Shown: in pieces, positions 50,683 through 60,346 of the stretch
How positions within the stretch are numbered: the stretch's first letter is position 1
Layout: each line of letters opens with the position of its first letter
Source: a virus
IMG/VR virus record: IMGVR_UViG_3300008448_000009
Location: 1 to 64,000 of that record
Direction: 5' to 3' (one strand)
Length of the DNA: 64,000 bases
Notes under the pieces: generated by a model
Told to the model about the DNA's origin: nothing
Database searches by the model: none
The model's input: the letters and a program-made list of their open reading frames with translations, nothing else
Position numbers and translations under genes: made by a program

Positions 50683-51831
50683 ATGGAAGAACAAAAAAAA
50701 CAAATGGATGAACAAATCAATCAATTAAAATCTGTGATTGATAAATTAGAAACAAAAGATTTTAGTTTGTATTTTTTCACATTGGATACAAAAGGTAACC
50801 CTACTGCTGGAATAGCCAACATCTACGAACACGTTAAAGTGTTAAACGAATTAGGTTATAAAGCTGCTATCCTTCATGAAAAAAACGATTATAAACTTAG
50901 AGGTGATGAAAACGGTAACGGAGTTGCTGATTGGTTAGGTGAAGAATACGCACAATTACCACACGTTTCTATTGAAGGACAAGAATTACAAATTAGCCCA
51001 GCTGATTTTATTATCATCCCTGAGATTTTCTCAAACATCATGGACCAAGTTAAAGGTTTTCCATGTAAAAAAATCGTATTGTCACAAAGTTACGATTACT
51101 TATTAGAATTACTACCTGTTGGTAAAAGATGGGATATGGATTATGGTTTTATTGATGTGATAACAACTTCTGAAAAACAATCACAATACGTTAAATCATT
51201 ATTTCCATCTATTAGAACACACGTTGTCCCAGTATCTATCCCAACATACTTCAAAGATAGTGATAAACCTAAAAAACCTATCGTTGCTGTTCACACTAGA
51301 AATCAAGGTGATGCGGCTAAATTAGCAAAATCATTCTACCTTCAATTCCCAATTTACAAATGGGTTACATTTAAAGAATTAAGAGGATTGAGTAGAGAAA
51401 AATTTGCTGCTCAATTAAGTGAATCGTGTGTAGCTGTTTGGATTGATGACGTGTCTGGTTTTGGTACTTTCCCTTTGGAAGCAATTGAATGTAACACTCC
51501 AGTTATTGGTAAAATGCCAAATATGATTCCAGAATGGATGGAAGCTACTGATGCTGAAGGAAACCCTTACATTAACAACAACGGTGTTTGGACAAACACT
51601 ACACTTAACATTCCAGAGTTAATCGCAACTTATATGAAAGTTTGGTTAGAAGATGCTGTACCACAAGATTTATTAGACGGTATCAAAGGTACTCAAGGTA
51701 AATACACACCTGAAAAACAAAAAACAACTATGGAAAGTGTTTACGAAAATTTAGTTTATACAAGAACTAACGAACTTAAAATAACTTTAGAGAAATTAGA
51801 AGAATCTCTAGAAGAAACAACTAACGCATAA
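50683..51831 (+). CDS. GT-B fold glycosyltransferase-like protein
   Basis: DFIIIPE and SGFGTFPLEAIECNTPVIG (E-x7-E-like region). Start probably at ATG 50683. Confidence 0.7.
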   Translation: MEEQKKQMDEQINQLKSVIDKLETKDFSLYFFTLDTKGNPTAGIANIYEHVKVLNELGYKAAILHEKNDYKLRGDENGNGVADWLGEEYAQLPHVSIEGQELQISPADFIIIPEIFSNIMDQVKGFPCKKIVLSQSYDYLLELLPVGKRWDMDYGFIDVITTSEKQSQYVKSLFPSIRTHVVPVSIPTYFKDSDKPKKPIVAVHTRNQGDAAKLAKSFYLQFPIYKWVTFKELRGLSREKFAAQLSESCVAVWIDDVSGFGTFPLEAIECNTPVIGKMPNMIPEWMEATDAEGNPYINNNGVWTNTTLNIPELIATYMKVWLEDAVPQDLLDGIKGTQGKYTPEKQKTTMESVYENLVYTRTNELKITLEKLEESLEETTNA

Positions 51832-51836
51832 TACAA

Positions 51837-52637
51837 ATGAAAGAAAAAAATAATATCTCTGTCATTCTTCCTGTTCATGAATTGGACGACACAACAAAAC
51901 AATTATTTGCAAACGCAGTTAAAAGTGTTACAGACCAAACGGTTAGACCTGACACATTAATTGTTGTAACACCTAAAGGTAGTGATGTTACTAAATATGC
52001 TAAAGATTTTGACTATGGTGATTACAAAAGCTCAGTAACCATTGTTGAAAACGATGGTGAAACAGATTTTTGTTCACAAGTTAATTACGGTGTATCTCAA
52101 TGTAAAACTGAATGGTTTAGTATTTTAGAATACGATGATGAATACGCTAAGATTTGGTTTAAAAACGTTGTAGAATATAAAAACGCTCATACAAACGTTG
52201 ACTTATTCTTACCAATCATCGTGGACGTTGACGCTAAAGGTTCTTTTGCTGGTTTAACAAACGAAGCAGTTTGGGCCAACAGTTTTTCAGATGAATTAGG
52301 TATTTTAGATAACAACGCGTTGTTAACGTATCAAAATTTCAATACTGATGGAATGGTAATTAGAAAATCGACCTATGAAGATTTAGGTGGGTTTAAAAGT
52401 AATATAAAATTAACATTCGTTTATGAATTTTTATTACGTATGACATTTAAAGATGTTAGAGTTATGGTTGTACCTAAATTTGGTTACAAACACGTAAACC
52501 AAAGAGAAGGTTCTCTATTCTCTTCATACAAACAAACTATCGACCCAGTTGAAGCTAGATATTGGTTATCAGCAGCTAAAAAGGAATACTATTTTGCAAA
52601 TGATAGAAAAATAACATACGAAGTTCAAAATGGATAA
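51837..52637 (+). CDS. GT2-family glycosyltransferase
   Basis: ISVILPV...SVTDQT...WFSILEYDD...DLGGF. Confidence 0.8.
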   Translation: MKEKNNISVILPVHELDDTTKQLFANAVKSVTDQTVRPDTLIVVTPKGSDVTKYAKDFDYGDYKSSVTIVENDGETDFCSQVNYGVSQCKTEWFSILEYDDEYAKIWFKNVVEYKNAHTNVDLFLPIIVDVDAKGSFAGLTNEAVWANSFSDELGILDNNALLTYQNFNTDGMVIRKSTYEDLGGFKSNIKLTFVYEFLLRMTFKDVRVMVVPKFGYKHVNQREGSLFSSYKQTIDPVEARYWLSAAKKEYYFANDRKITYEVQNG

Positions 52638-53366
52638 ATGGCTACGAAACGAGGACGCAAAAGAACAAACGAAATGTATTTTGGTCCAGAAGAAGAAGAA
52701 GCTGTTGTCAAATTTTTAGAGTCAACTGACGAATCAGAAAGAAACATCATATTCAACGAGTGGCTTAAAGCCCCGTTGGATAAGATGATTGAATCAATTA
52801 TAAGAAGGTACAAATTATATAGAAAGGGTGAAACTTTTGAAGAACTTCATAGTGACACCGTTTCTTTTTTAATGACAAAGGTTCATAGGTTTGAAGCTGG
52901 ACGAGGTAAAAAAGCTTATTCATATTTTGGAACCATTAGTAAAAACTATATCTTAGGTTTACTCATCAAAGATGAGAAATATCTTAGACAAACTTCATCA
53001 TATGAAGACATGGCTAATGAATTTGAAGAAAGAGAAGATTTAACGTATGTTATTGATAACGATGGGTTTGTTATGGATGATTTTATTGTAAAACTAATCG
53101 AAGGTATAAAAGAAGAGATGAACGATGAAAATTTACCACCCAAAAAGAAATTAAATGACAATGAGAAAAAAGTTGGTTTTGCCCTGATTTATATTTTAGA
53201 AAATTGGGAAACAGCTTTTGAAACGATGGAAGGTGGGTCAAAATACAATAAAAACTCTGTTTTGGAAACAATGAGAAACTATACTTTACTATCAACCAAA
53301 GATATACGTATAGCTATGAAAAGGTATAAAGACTTGTATGAATTGCTTACAAAACACGGTTTGTAG
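52638..53366 (+). CDS. Phage late-transcription sigma factor (T4 gp55-like)
   Basis: Sigma region-2-like segment with KAYSYFGTISKNY, comparable to the gp55-type AYFTQI motif. Confidence 0.6.
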   Translation: MATKRGRKRTNEMYFGPEEEEAVVKFLESTDESERNIIFNEWLKAPLDKMIESIIRRYKLYRKGETFEELHSDTVSFLMTKVHRFEAGRGKKAYSYFGTISKNYILGLLIKDEKYLRQTSSYEDMANEFEEREDLTYVIDNDGFVMDDFIVKLIEGIKEEMNDENLPPKKKLNDNEKKVGFALIYILENWETAFETMEGGSKYNKNSVLETMRNYTLLSTKDIRIAMKRYKDLYELLTKHGL

Positions 53367-53392
53367 ATATTTATATATAAAAACTAATTACC

Positions 53393-53782
53393 ATGCCTAG
53401 AAAAAGAAAACAAGACGTTAAAGTAAACAATACCGAATCATTAGAGGGACTTATGCAAGAAACTTATAACGATGCATGTTTACAAATAAATGATGCTCAA
53501 AGAACTATCAATGAGCTTACAGTTAGCGCAGCGCCAGATGGTGTTGATGATTTAACAAAAATAGCTAAAGAAAAAGGTGGTTTATTAAAAATAAAAGATT
53601 CTGCTATCAGAATTAAATTAGAATTGGCTAAACTACAAAGTGATATCATTAAAAATCGTGGAGATGTTGAAACCGCAGTTTCTGAAAGAAGCAATGGTTT
53701 AGCGTCTCTTAATGATTTTAAGTCTATTAGACAAATGATTAAAAACAGTAATAACCCAGAAGAGGAAGAAGAAACAGATTAA
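53393..53782 (+). CDS. Hypothetical helical protein
   Basis: 129 aa, preceded by the late-promoter motif. Confidence 0.6.
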   Translation: MPRKRKQDVKVNNTESLEGLMQETYNDACLQINDAQRTINELTVSAAPDGVDDLTKIAKEKGGLLKIKDSAIRIKLELAKLQSDIIKNRGDVETAVSERSNGLASLNDFKSIRQMIKNSNNPEEEEETD

Positions 53783-53783
53783 T

Positions 53784-55211
53784 ATGTCATTAGTTGATAA
53801 AAAGAAAAAAGTTTTTGGTGAAATAGCTGCTGCTAGAACATTGACAGAAGGAATGCCTAAGTTCAAACTTGATTCATCTTTTCCGTCGATTAATAACGGT
53901 TCTGACCCGATTGTTTTTTTGGTCGATTTGATTAAATCATTAATCGGTCAGTCAAATTTTGTTAATAAAATTTCAAAAATGTTGGCTACAACACTTGACA
54001 CTATTGAACAAAAATTAAAAATAGTCCTTAAAAAAACTTTAAAGGGTATAGTTACTTGCGGTGTTGACCCAAGCATACCAGCATTTATGAGGTCTGGTCC
54101 AAACACTACTGGTATTGTTATAGAAGTTAGTAAAATAGATTTCTTTGAACAATTTAAAACAGACCCAACAACACCTATAGGTAAACTAATGTATAACGAC
54201 GTAACATCATCATTGGTTACTAGTAGTGATATGAATACGTTTTTATATGCTGTTATTCAAGACGAAGGTACTACACGCACATGGCAGAATATTTTGGATT
54301 TTACATTTTATTCTATAGGGACAAATGGAAACCCAAACAATTGTTTTGTCATCAAATGTAACCAAACATATGACAATAAAAAACTTAACCAATTAAATGA
54401 TAATTTTATCGATTCTTTGGATTTATTTGAATCTAGTAATATAATAAACAAAATCATCGATGCTTTATTTGGTTCAATTTCTTTTAATTTGAATAAAACC
54501 AATAAACAACTTGAGATGGAAGCTCAAATTAATGACGTTATTGATAGGTTATCAAACGCTGACATTAATAAAGAAATAACTGATGATTATTTCGAGTTTT
54601 CAAATGAAGAGATTGCTCAACAACAATACTTAGCAAACGATAGGAAAAATGGTATTATTAGAGTTAAAACTAGTGTAGAAACAAAAGCCAATATGCCAAT
54701 TAGTTATTTAGAAACATTGACCAATGATTTAAACGCACCTAGTGTTACGTTAGTACAAAAGAGGGATATTATAAATACTAGTTTAAATAGCATGGCCGAT
54801 AACTTAAGTAGTCAAATACCCAACAATCAAGACGGCCAAACTGTTAAAATTAGCTTTTTTAAAGATTTAATAAAAAATTTAATCAAAACAATTACTAGTG
54901 TTTTATTATCACCGAAAATTATAATTATTTTTCTAATTAATTTTAAAATAATTTTCGGAGTTGCATCAACATTTAAAGACCCTATTGACTTTATAAAGAA
55001 AAATAGAGCACTATTTACCGCTGTAACTAAAGAAATTACAAACATTATTGTTCAATACCTTATGGCTATTGCTATGCGAGAAATAAGTAAATTAGCTGGT
55101 AACGCTGCTGTTATTAAATTAAAAGAAAAGGTTGACAATAAAAAACAACAATTGATAAGTCTATTAGGTGTTCCTCAAGACGCTATTAGAAAAATTAAAG
55201 GATTAATATAA
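53784..55211 (+). CDS. Hypothetical protein, probably baseplate/tail associated
   Basis: 475-aa ORF in the operon containing the spike gene. Confidence 0.55.
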   Translation: MSLVDKKKKVFGEIAAARTLTEGMPKFKLDSSFPSINNGSDPIVFLVDLIKSLIGQSNFVNKISKMLATTLDTIEQKLKIVLKKTLKGIVTCGVDPSIPAFMRSGPNTTGIVIEVSKIDFFEQFKTDPTTPIGKLMYNDVTSSLVTSSDMNTFLYAVIQDEGTTRTWQNILDFTFYSIGTNGNPNNCFVIKCNQTYDNKKLNQLNDNFIDSLDLFESSNIINKIIDALFGSISFNLNKTNKQLEMEAQINDVIDRLSNADINKEITDDYFEFSNEEIAQQQYLANDRKNGIIRVKTSVETKANMPISYLETLTNDLNAPSVTLVQKRDIINTSLNSMADNLSSQIPNNQDGQTVKISFFKDLIKNLIKTITSVLLSPKIIIIFLINFKIIFGVASTFKDPIDFIKKNRALFTAVTKEITNIIVQYLMAIAMREISKLAGNAAVIKLKEKVDNKKQQLISLLGVPQDAIRKIKGLI

Positions 55212-55705
55212 TGAGTGGAATAAACAACTTATCGGGACAAGGTAGCAATGCGCTAAACCAAGGTAAAGAAAAATTTTCAGAACTTAAAAAAAATGCCGAA
55301 AATATATTTGATTTTTCAAATATATCTGGAATTTTAAATATAATTTTATCTTTGTTTAAAATTCCAGATACACCTGTAGAACCATTACCACCACCACTTA
55401 TTATGGTAGGTGCACCACTAAGACCAGGAATGTCAGCCAAAGCTGTGGCTTCTAGAATTATAGCTAGACAATCTGAAGCTGGTTTACCAGTTGGTGATGT
55501 TTTTGCTGATGGAAATAACACTAGCGAAGCTATGTTAGCTATACAGGTTGATGAGGTTATAAATACTTTGTTAACAGAATCTGTGGTCAACGTTGTTATA
55601 CCTCCTGGAGTTGCAATAACAGCGGTGGGCGCTAATCTAGGTGGACCTATTGTAGTGCAAGGGTTTACAACAACCATGGGTGTCGGTAATGGAATAATGA
55701 GATAA
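55211..55705 (+). CDS. Hypothetical protein, probably baseplate associated
   Basis: 164-aa ORF with a beta-rich C-terminus. Confidence 0.55.
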   Translation: MSGINNLSGQGSNALNQGKEKFSELKKNAENIFDFSNISGILNIILSLFKIPDTPVEPLPPPLIMVGAPLRPGMSAKAVASRIIARQSEAGLPVGDVFADGNNTSEAMLAIQVDEVINTLLTESVVNVVIPPGVAITAVGANLGGPIVVQGFTTTMGVGNGIMR

Positions 55706-55718
55706 TTAAAATAATGTT

Positions 55719-55901
55719 ATGTACGAAGATTTAGAATCAAAATCAAACAATGAAATTTTGTTTGAAATAAAACAAATGGAGGCCGACCACGAGGCTATAA
55801 AACTTAAAATGTTGCAAGACTATGATAAACTAGTTGAAATCGAAAAAAGATTTGACGTAGCTAACAAACTAATTGTAAAAAGACTTAAAGGGGAACAATA
55901 A
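55719..55901 (+). CDS. Small hypothetical protein
   Basis: 60 aa, TAATG-coupled to the next gene. Confidence 0.55.
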   Translation: MYEDLESKSNNEILFEIKQMEADHEAIKLKMLQDYDKLVEIEKRFDVANKLIVKRLKGEQ

Positions 55902-56923
55902 TGCTAAATAACAAACATACCAGAGGTGAAAAAAGCCAGTACGATACCTACAAAACATTTACTTATTTAAAATATGGTGAAGTAATGTCTGTTAACGACC
56001 CAAGTAGTTTGGGGCGTATAAAAGTATGGATTAAAGGTTCTGTAAGTAATGGTGGTGATGACGAAATAGTAAATAGTGGTACCGATTATGATAAATTACC
56101 ATGGTGCCATCCTTTACTACCTAAACATTTATCAGTTCAACCAAAAGTTGGTGAAGGTGTTTGGGTTTTTGTTTTTAGTAAAGAAAAGGAAAGTGGGGAT
56201 AGAATGTTTATCGGACCTATCATTTCACAATTAAATAAATTAGATTTTGATAGTGCTAAAACAACTGCATTATCTGGTTTTAATTTCGGACCAACAAAAC
56301 CAAGTATAAATATTACAAACAAAGGTGGTGCTATTGCAATACCAGAGTTAATTGGTGTTTTCCCTAACCCTGAAGATGTATCAATTCAAGGTAGATACAA
56401 TACTGATATCACACAAAAAAAGAATGAAATAGTTCTTAGAGCTGGTAAGTTTGTTGAAGCACCAATATTTAACCCTAGTGAAAACCCATACCCTTTTGTT
56501 TTCAATACCGCAACACAAGGATTTATTCAAATTAAAAATAATGCCGTATTAGAAACAACTAACGTAGACCAAACACTAGTTAATAATAAAATTGGCACCA
56601 TTACCAATATAGTTTCAAACAAAATAAACCTTATCACACATGGTGGTTCACCAAGTTTTGAAGTTACTAACCAACAAAACCTGATTAGTGACGAAGAAAT
56701 GTTAAGAATTCTTTCTCAAGCTCACCAACTACCTTTTGGTGATATATTACTACAATATTTAAAACTGTTAAAAGATGCTTTCCTAAATCACGTACACAAC
56801 GGACATGGTAATAAATGTACTGATTTAACTATTGAAGGAAATAAACAAGCCGTAAAAGCTTTCCTAGATAAAGCCAAAGAATTGGAAGATTCTATGTTAT
56901 CTAAAAACATTCGTATTAATTAA
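55901..56923 (+). CDS. Baseplate central spike/hub protein (gp5/gpV OB-fold type)
   Basis: GEVMSVNDPSSLGRIKV...LPWC.PL...PKVGEGVWV OB-fold signature. C-terminal NHVH (HxH tip motif). Confidence 0.75.
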   Translation: MLNNKHTRGEKSQYDTYKTFTYLKYGEVMSVNDPSSLGRIKVWIKGSVSNGGDDEIVNSGTDYDKLPWCHPLLPKHLSVQPKVGEGVWVFVFSKEKESGDRMFIGPIISQLNKLDFDSAKTTALSGFNFGPTKPSINITNKGGAIAIPELIGVFPNPEDVSIQGRYNTDITQKKNEIVLRAGKFVEAPIFNPSENPYPFVFNTATQGFIQIKNNAVLETTNVDQTLVNNKIGTITNIVSNKINLITHGGSPSFEVTNQQNLISDEEMLRILSQAHQLPFGDILLQYLKLLKDAFLNHVHNGHGNKCTDLTIEGNKQAVKAFLDKAKELEDSMLSKNIRIN

Positions 56924-56965
56924 GCTTATTACTGTTTTTATGATATTTATAATAAAAACAAAACC

Positions 56966-58372
56966 ATGGTAATACGTACATATTTCGATAAAAACAACAC
57001 AATAGTTAGTAACTCAATTGTTAACACTGGATTAAACCCAGTGGCTGAGTTATTTTACGGTGGTGCTGATGGTGCAGAAAAATATAGTAGGTTTTTATTT
57101 TACTTTGATGAAACTAGACTTAGAAATTTATACACTGGGGGCACGTATACCGACTTAACTAAACTAAAACATACTCTTAGACTAACCAACACAGCATCGT
57201 TCGATACAGGCCTTTTAAACGGTACAATGGAAGCCAAAGACAGAGCTTCATCATTTGATTTGATTTTATTCAAAATTAATCAAGATTGGGATAACGGTGT
57301 AGGTTATGATTATGAAGTTCCTATAATTGTTAGTGGTGATTATTTCTATTCTAGTGACCCATCAAATTGGACAGCAGCCAAAACTGGTGAAGCATGGACC
57401 AACGGTACTGGTGTTTATTCTGGTTCACCATCAGGAATTACTGTAACAACACAACACTTTGATAAAGGTAATGAAAACATAGAAATGGATATTACAGACT
57501 ACGTTAATGGGTTGTTAACTGGTGACACAAACTATGGATTAGGAATTGCGTATGCTAGAGGTTATGAACAAATAAACACATCAGCTCTACAATATGTTGG
57601 ATTCTTTACTAACAACACACAAACATTTTATGAACCATTTGTTGAAACAATCTACGATAACCATATTAAAGACGATAGAAACAACTTTTTCTTAGATAAA
57701 CATAACAAACTATATCTTTACGTAAATCTTGCGGGAAATCCAACTAATTTGGATTCTATACCTAGTGTTGACATTTATGATGAAAACGGTGTTATATTTT
57801 CATCATATACATCTTCTGAGGTTACACACGTTACTTTGGGTGTTTATTCTATTGATATCATCGTACCAACAACTAATTCAAACGAAAATACAATGTATAA
57901 CGATGTTTGGAGTGATGTTGTGATAAACGGTGTTACCAGACCAAATATTAGTTTAGATTTTGTAATGAGACCATCGATGGAATATTACAATATTGGAAAC
58001 AACGATATGCTACCTAAAAAAATTGCTGTATCGATTGGTGGTATCAGAAACCAAGAAAAAATAAAACGTGGTGATATCCGTAAAGGTATCGTATCAGCTA
58101 GAATTCCTTACACCGTAGAACAAACTCAAAGTATTGATAACCTTCAATATAGATTATATGTTAAAGAAGGTGTGAGAGAATTAACAGTGATTGATTTCCA
58201 ACCAGTTGAAATGGCAAACAATTATTATTATTTCTTGTTAGATACAGCTAGTCTTATCCCGAATACTTACTATTTGGATATTCTTGCAACATCAAATTTA
58301 GAAGTAACAACAATAAAAAGTGTTGTTCAATTTGACATTGTAAACCAAGTTGAATTACGTAAAGGACAGTAA
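56966..58372 (+). CDS. Structural protein (baseplate/virion, beta-rich)
   Basis: Preceded by the late-promoter motif. SRFLFYFD, WDNGVGYD and MDITDYVN motifs. Confidence 0.55.
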   Translation: MVIRTYFDKNNTIVSNSIVNTGLNPVAELFYGGADGAEKYSRFLFYFDETRLRNLYTGGTYTDLTKLKHTLRLTNTASFDTGLLNGTMEAKDRASSFDLILFKINQDWDNGVGYDYEVPIIVSGDYFYSSDPSNWTAAKTGEAWTNGTGVYSGSPSGITVTTQHFDKGNENIEMDITDYVNGLLTGDTNYGLGIAYARGYEQINTSALQYVGFFTNNTQTFYEPFVETIYDNHIKDDRNNFFLDKHNKLYLYVNLAGNPTNLDSIPSVDIYDENGVIFSSYTSSEVTHVTLGVYSIDIIVPTTNSNENTMYNDVWSDVVINGVTRPNISLDFVMRPSMEYYNIGNNDMLPKKIAVSIGGIRNQEKIKRGDIRKGIVSARIPYTVEQTQSIDNLQYRLYVKEGVRELTVIDFQPVEMANNYYYFLLDTASLIPNTYYLDILATSNLEVTTIKSVVQFDIVNQVELRKGQ

Positions 58373-58373
58373 T

Positions 58374-58712
58374 ATGAAAAGTTTTATAAAACAAAGACTC
58401 AGAGAACAAATGATTGATGGTCAAAACATGAATGGCAGCATGCAAAATAGTTGTAATACAATGACTATTAATAGTTATGATGAAGCTTTAAGTAGAGTAG
58501 AAGCATCGCTTAAAGGTGTTAGTCCAGAAACAAGACAACAAGTTATGCAAAAAATTCACGTTCCGTTGGAAAATCTTAAACAAGAAGAACAAAAATTAAA
58601 CCGTGAAGAAAAATCACAACACATGACTGGTGATTCAATGCCAGACCAAGTAGACACCTATTGGCACCAAATTCAATCAACGTTGTGTGAATTAGGCCCA
58701 GATTTTGAATAA
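58374..58712 (+). CDS. Hypothetical protein, possible head-internal protein
   Basis: ATG at 58374; N-terminus MKSFIKQRLRE. Confidence 0.55.
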   Translation: MKSFIKQRLREQMIDGQNMNGSMQNSCNTMTINSYDEALSRVEASLKGVSPETRQQVMQKIHVPLENLKQEEQKLNREEKSQHMTGDSMPDQVDTYWHQIQSTLCELGPDFE

Positions 58713-58713
58713 T

Positions 58714-59235
58714 ATGAAACAAGTAATCAAACAATTATTAAGAGAAAATTTAATAAAATGTGTCAATCTTTATCCAACAAAAGAAGTTATAAACTATGTT
58801 AATAATTTTGATTCAGACGAACAACTATTACGTAGTGGTGGTTTACCAGATGATATCTTAGATAGATACGCTTTTGGTTTCACTGAGTCTGATATGACCG
58901 AATTAGACCCATCAAGAATCTCAATAAAATGGCATAGTGATTTAGAGAATGTTATTTGGGAGGTTAAAGAAAGTGGTCTTTCACCTATAGAATGGTCAAA
59001 AAAAATTAACTTAACAGAACCTATTGATGTTTCTTATGAGTCAAATGGTTTCGGGTTAAAATTTTATTTAGAAGATGGGCATCATAGATATTATGCTGCC
59101 AAAACATTAAAAAAACCATTAAATGTTAATTTAAGAATCAAAGCAAATCCAATAAATAAAATAACTAAAAACAAATTAGGATATGATGATTTTCATAGAT
59201 GTTTATTTAATCAAGTAAAAACTATTGACAATTAA
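58714..59235 (+). CDS. ParB/Srx-like domain protein
   Basis: EPIDV...LEDGHHRYYAA motif. ATG at 58714; N-terminus MKQVIKQLLRE. Confidence 0.7.
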   Translation: MKQVIKQLLRENLIKCVNLYPTKEVINYVNNFDSDEQLLRSGGLPDDILDRYAFGFTESDMTELDPSRISIKWHSDLENVIWEVKESGLSPIEWSKKINLTEPIDVSYESNGFGLKFYLEDGHHRYYAAKTLKKPLNVNLRIKANPINKITKNKLGYDDFHRCLFNQVKTIDN

Positions 59236-59253
59236 AATAGTTTTTAGTATATT
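59225..59253 (+). promoter_or_regulatory. Consensus-like promoter
   Basis: TTGACA-17-TATATT; predicted start site near 59260. Confidence 0.7.
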
Positions 59254-59259
59254 TATGAT

Positions 59260-59333
59260 TATACGTTAACTCACGTATTGGTTTCGAGTCAGAAATGGCT
59301 TTAGAGTTGTCTAGGCAACAAAGAAATTGGTAC
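59260..59333 (+). ncRNA. Candidate structured 5' leader RNA (three-way junction)
   Basis: P1 59275-85/59323-33; P2 GAGUCA-GAAA-UGGCUU; P3 GUUGU-CUAG-GCAAC. The G.U pairs work only on the + strand. Confidence 0.45.
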
Positions 59334-59365
59334 AATAATAACAATAAATTAAAAGTTAATTAAAC

Positions 59366-60346
59366 ATGAAAAACTTAAATTATGTGGCACCAAAAATGCC
59401 AACAGCTAATTTGGCTGTAAACAAAAGTAGAGTTAAACTCTACAACAAACAAGGCGATTTGCCAACTTATTACTTACAAAAAGGGCAAGAGTTCCAGATT
59501 GAACTTTTCAATCCAACTACGGACACTGTACTTGCTAAAATTACACTTAACGGAAATGTTATCTCACAAGGTGGTCTTGTTTTAAACCCTGGCCAAAGAG
59601 TATTTCTTGATAGATACTTAGACGTAGCTAAAAAATTCTTATTTGATACTTACGAAGTAGCTAACACACAAGAAGTGAAAGAAGCCATAGTAAACAACGG
59701 TGACTTCAAAGTAGAATTCTATAGAGAATCAAAACCAAGACCAAGAAATCCAATAATTACTCTTGGTGGTTTTGGTAAAAGAAGCGTTTTTGGTGGGCCA
59801 AATTATGACCAAGGGATTATTCGTTACGATAGTACAAACACTGGTGGTTATGTTTACAATTCAGGCACTGCACCTAACACACCGTTGTGTAATACATTCA
59901 CAACGTCTACTAACGCTGTTGGTGGTTCATATTCAACAACTGGTTTGTTAACTGGTGATATTTCAAACACACTTTCAACTAGCGCGTTCTATAGCTCAAA
60001 CGTAAATTATAGCGACACCTTAAACGGTGAAGTTACAATGGATTGGATGTCGACTGAAAAAAGTGTTGAAACACCTAAAAATCTAACTAGAAGTTTAAAA
60101 GCTAAAAAATCTAAATCAATTGAAACTGGTAGAGTTGAACAAGGTTCACATTCTGACCAAAAATTCAAAACTGTTGATAAAGATTTTGAATGGTTTGCTT
60201 TCCATACTGTTGAAGCCAAGTTGCTTCCAGTATCTCAAAAAGTTAACACAGCTGAAGATATTAATGTAAAAAGATATTGTACAAACTGTGGTGCCAAACT
60301 AGGTAAAGGACACAAGTTTTGCGCTACATGCGGCACAAAAGCATAA
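59366..60346 (+). CDS. Zinc-ribbon domain protein with an N-terminal beta-rich domain and an S/T-rich linker
   Basis: C-terminal CTNCG...FCATCG. Confidence 0.75.
   Translation: MKNLNYVAPKMPTANLAVNKSRVKLYNKQGDLPTYYLQKGQEFQIELFNPTTDTVLAKITLNGNVISQGGLVLNPGQRVFLDRYLDVAKKFLFDTYEVANTQEVKEAIVNNGDFKVEFYRESKPRPRNPIITLGGFGKRSVFGGPNYDQGIIRYDSTNTGGYVYNSGTAPNTPLCNTFTTSTNAVGGSYSTTGLLTGDISNTLSTSAFYSSNVNYSDTLNGEVTMDWMSTEKSVETPKNLTRSLKAKKSKSIETGRVEQGSHSDQKFKTVDKDFEWFAFHTVEAKLLPVSQKVNTAEDINVKRYCTNCGAKLGKGHKFCATCGTKA

Noticed and set aside
33593-52637. Bacterial LPS/capsule locus or host contamination
   Set aside because: No wzx, wzy, wzz or ABC exporter. The island is interleaved with phage-type genes and shares the promoter motifs of the phage flanks.
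59275-59333. tRNA or hammerhead ribozyme
   Set aside because: No T-loop/D-loop consensus or four-arm cloverleaf, and no CUGAnGA hammerhead core.
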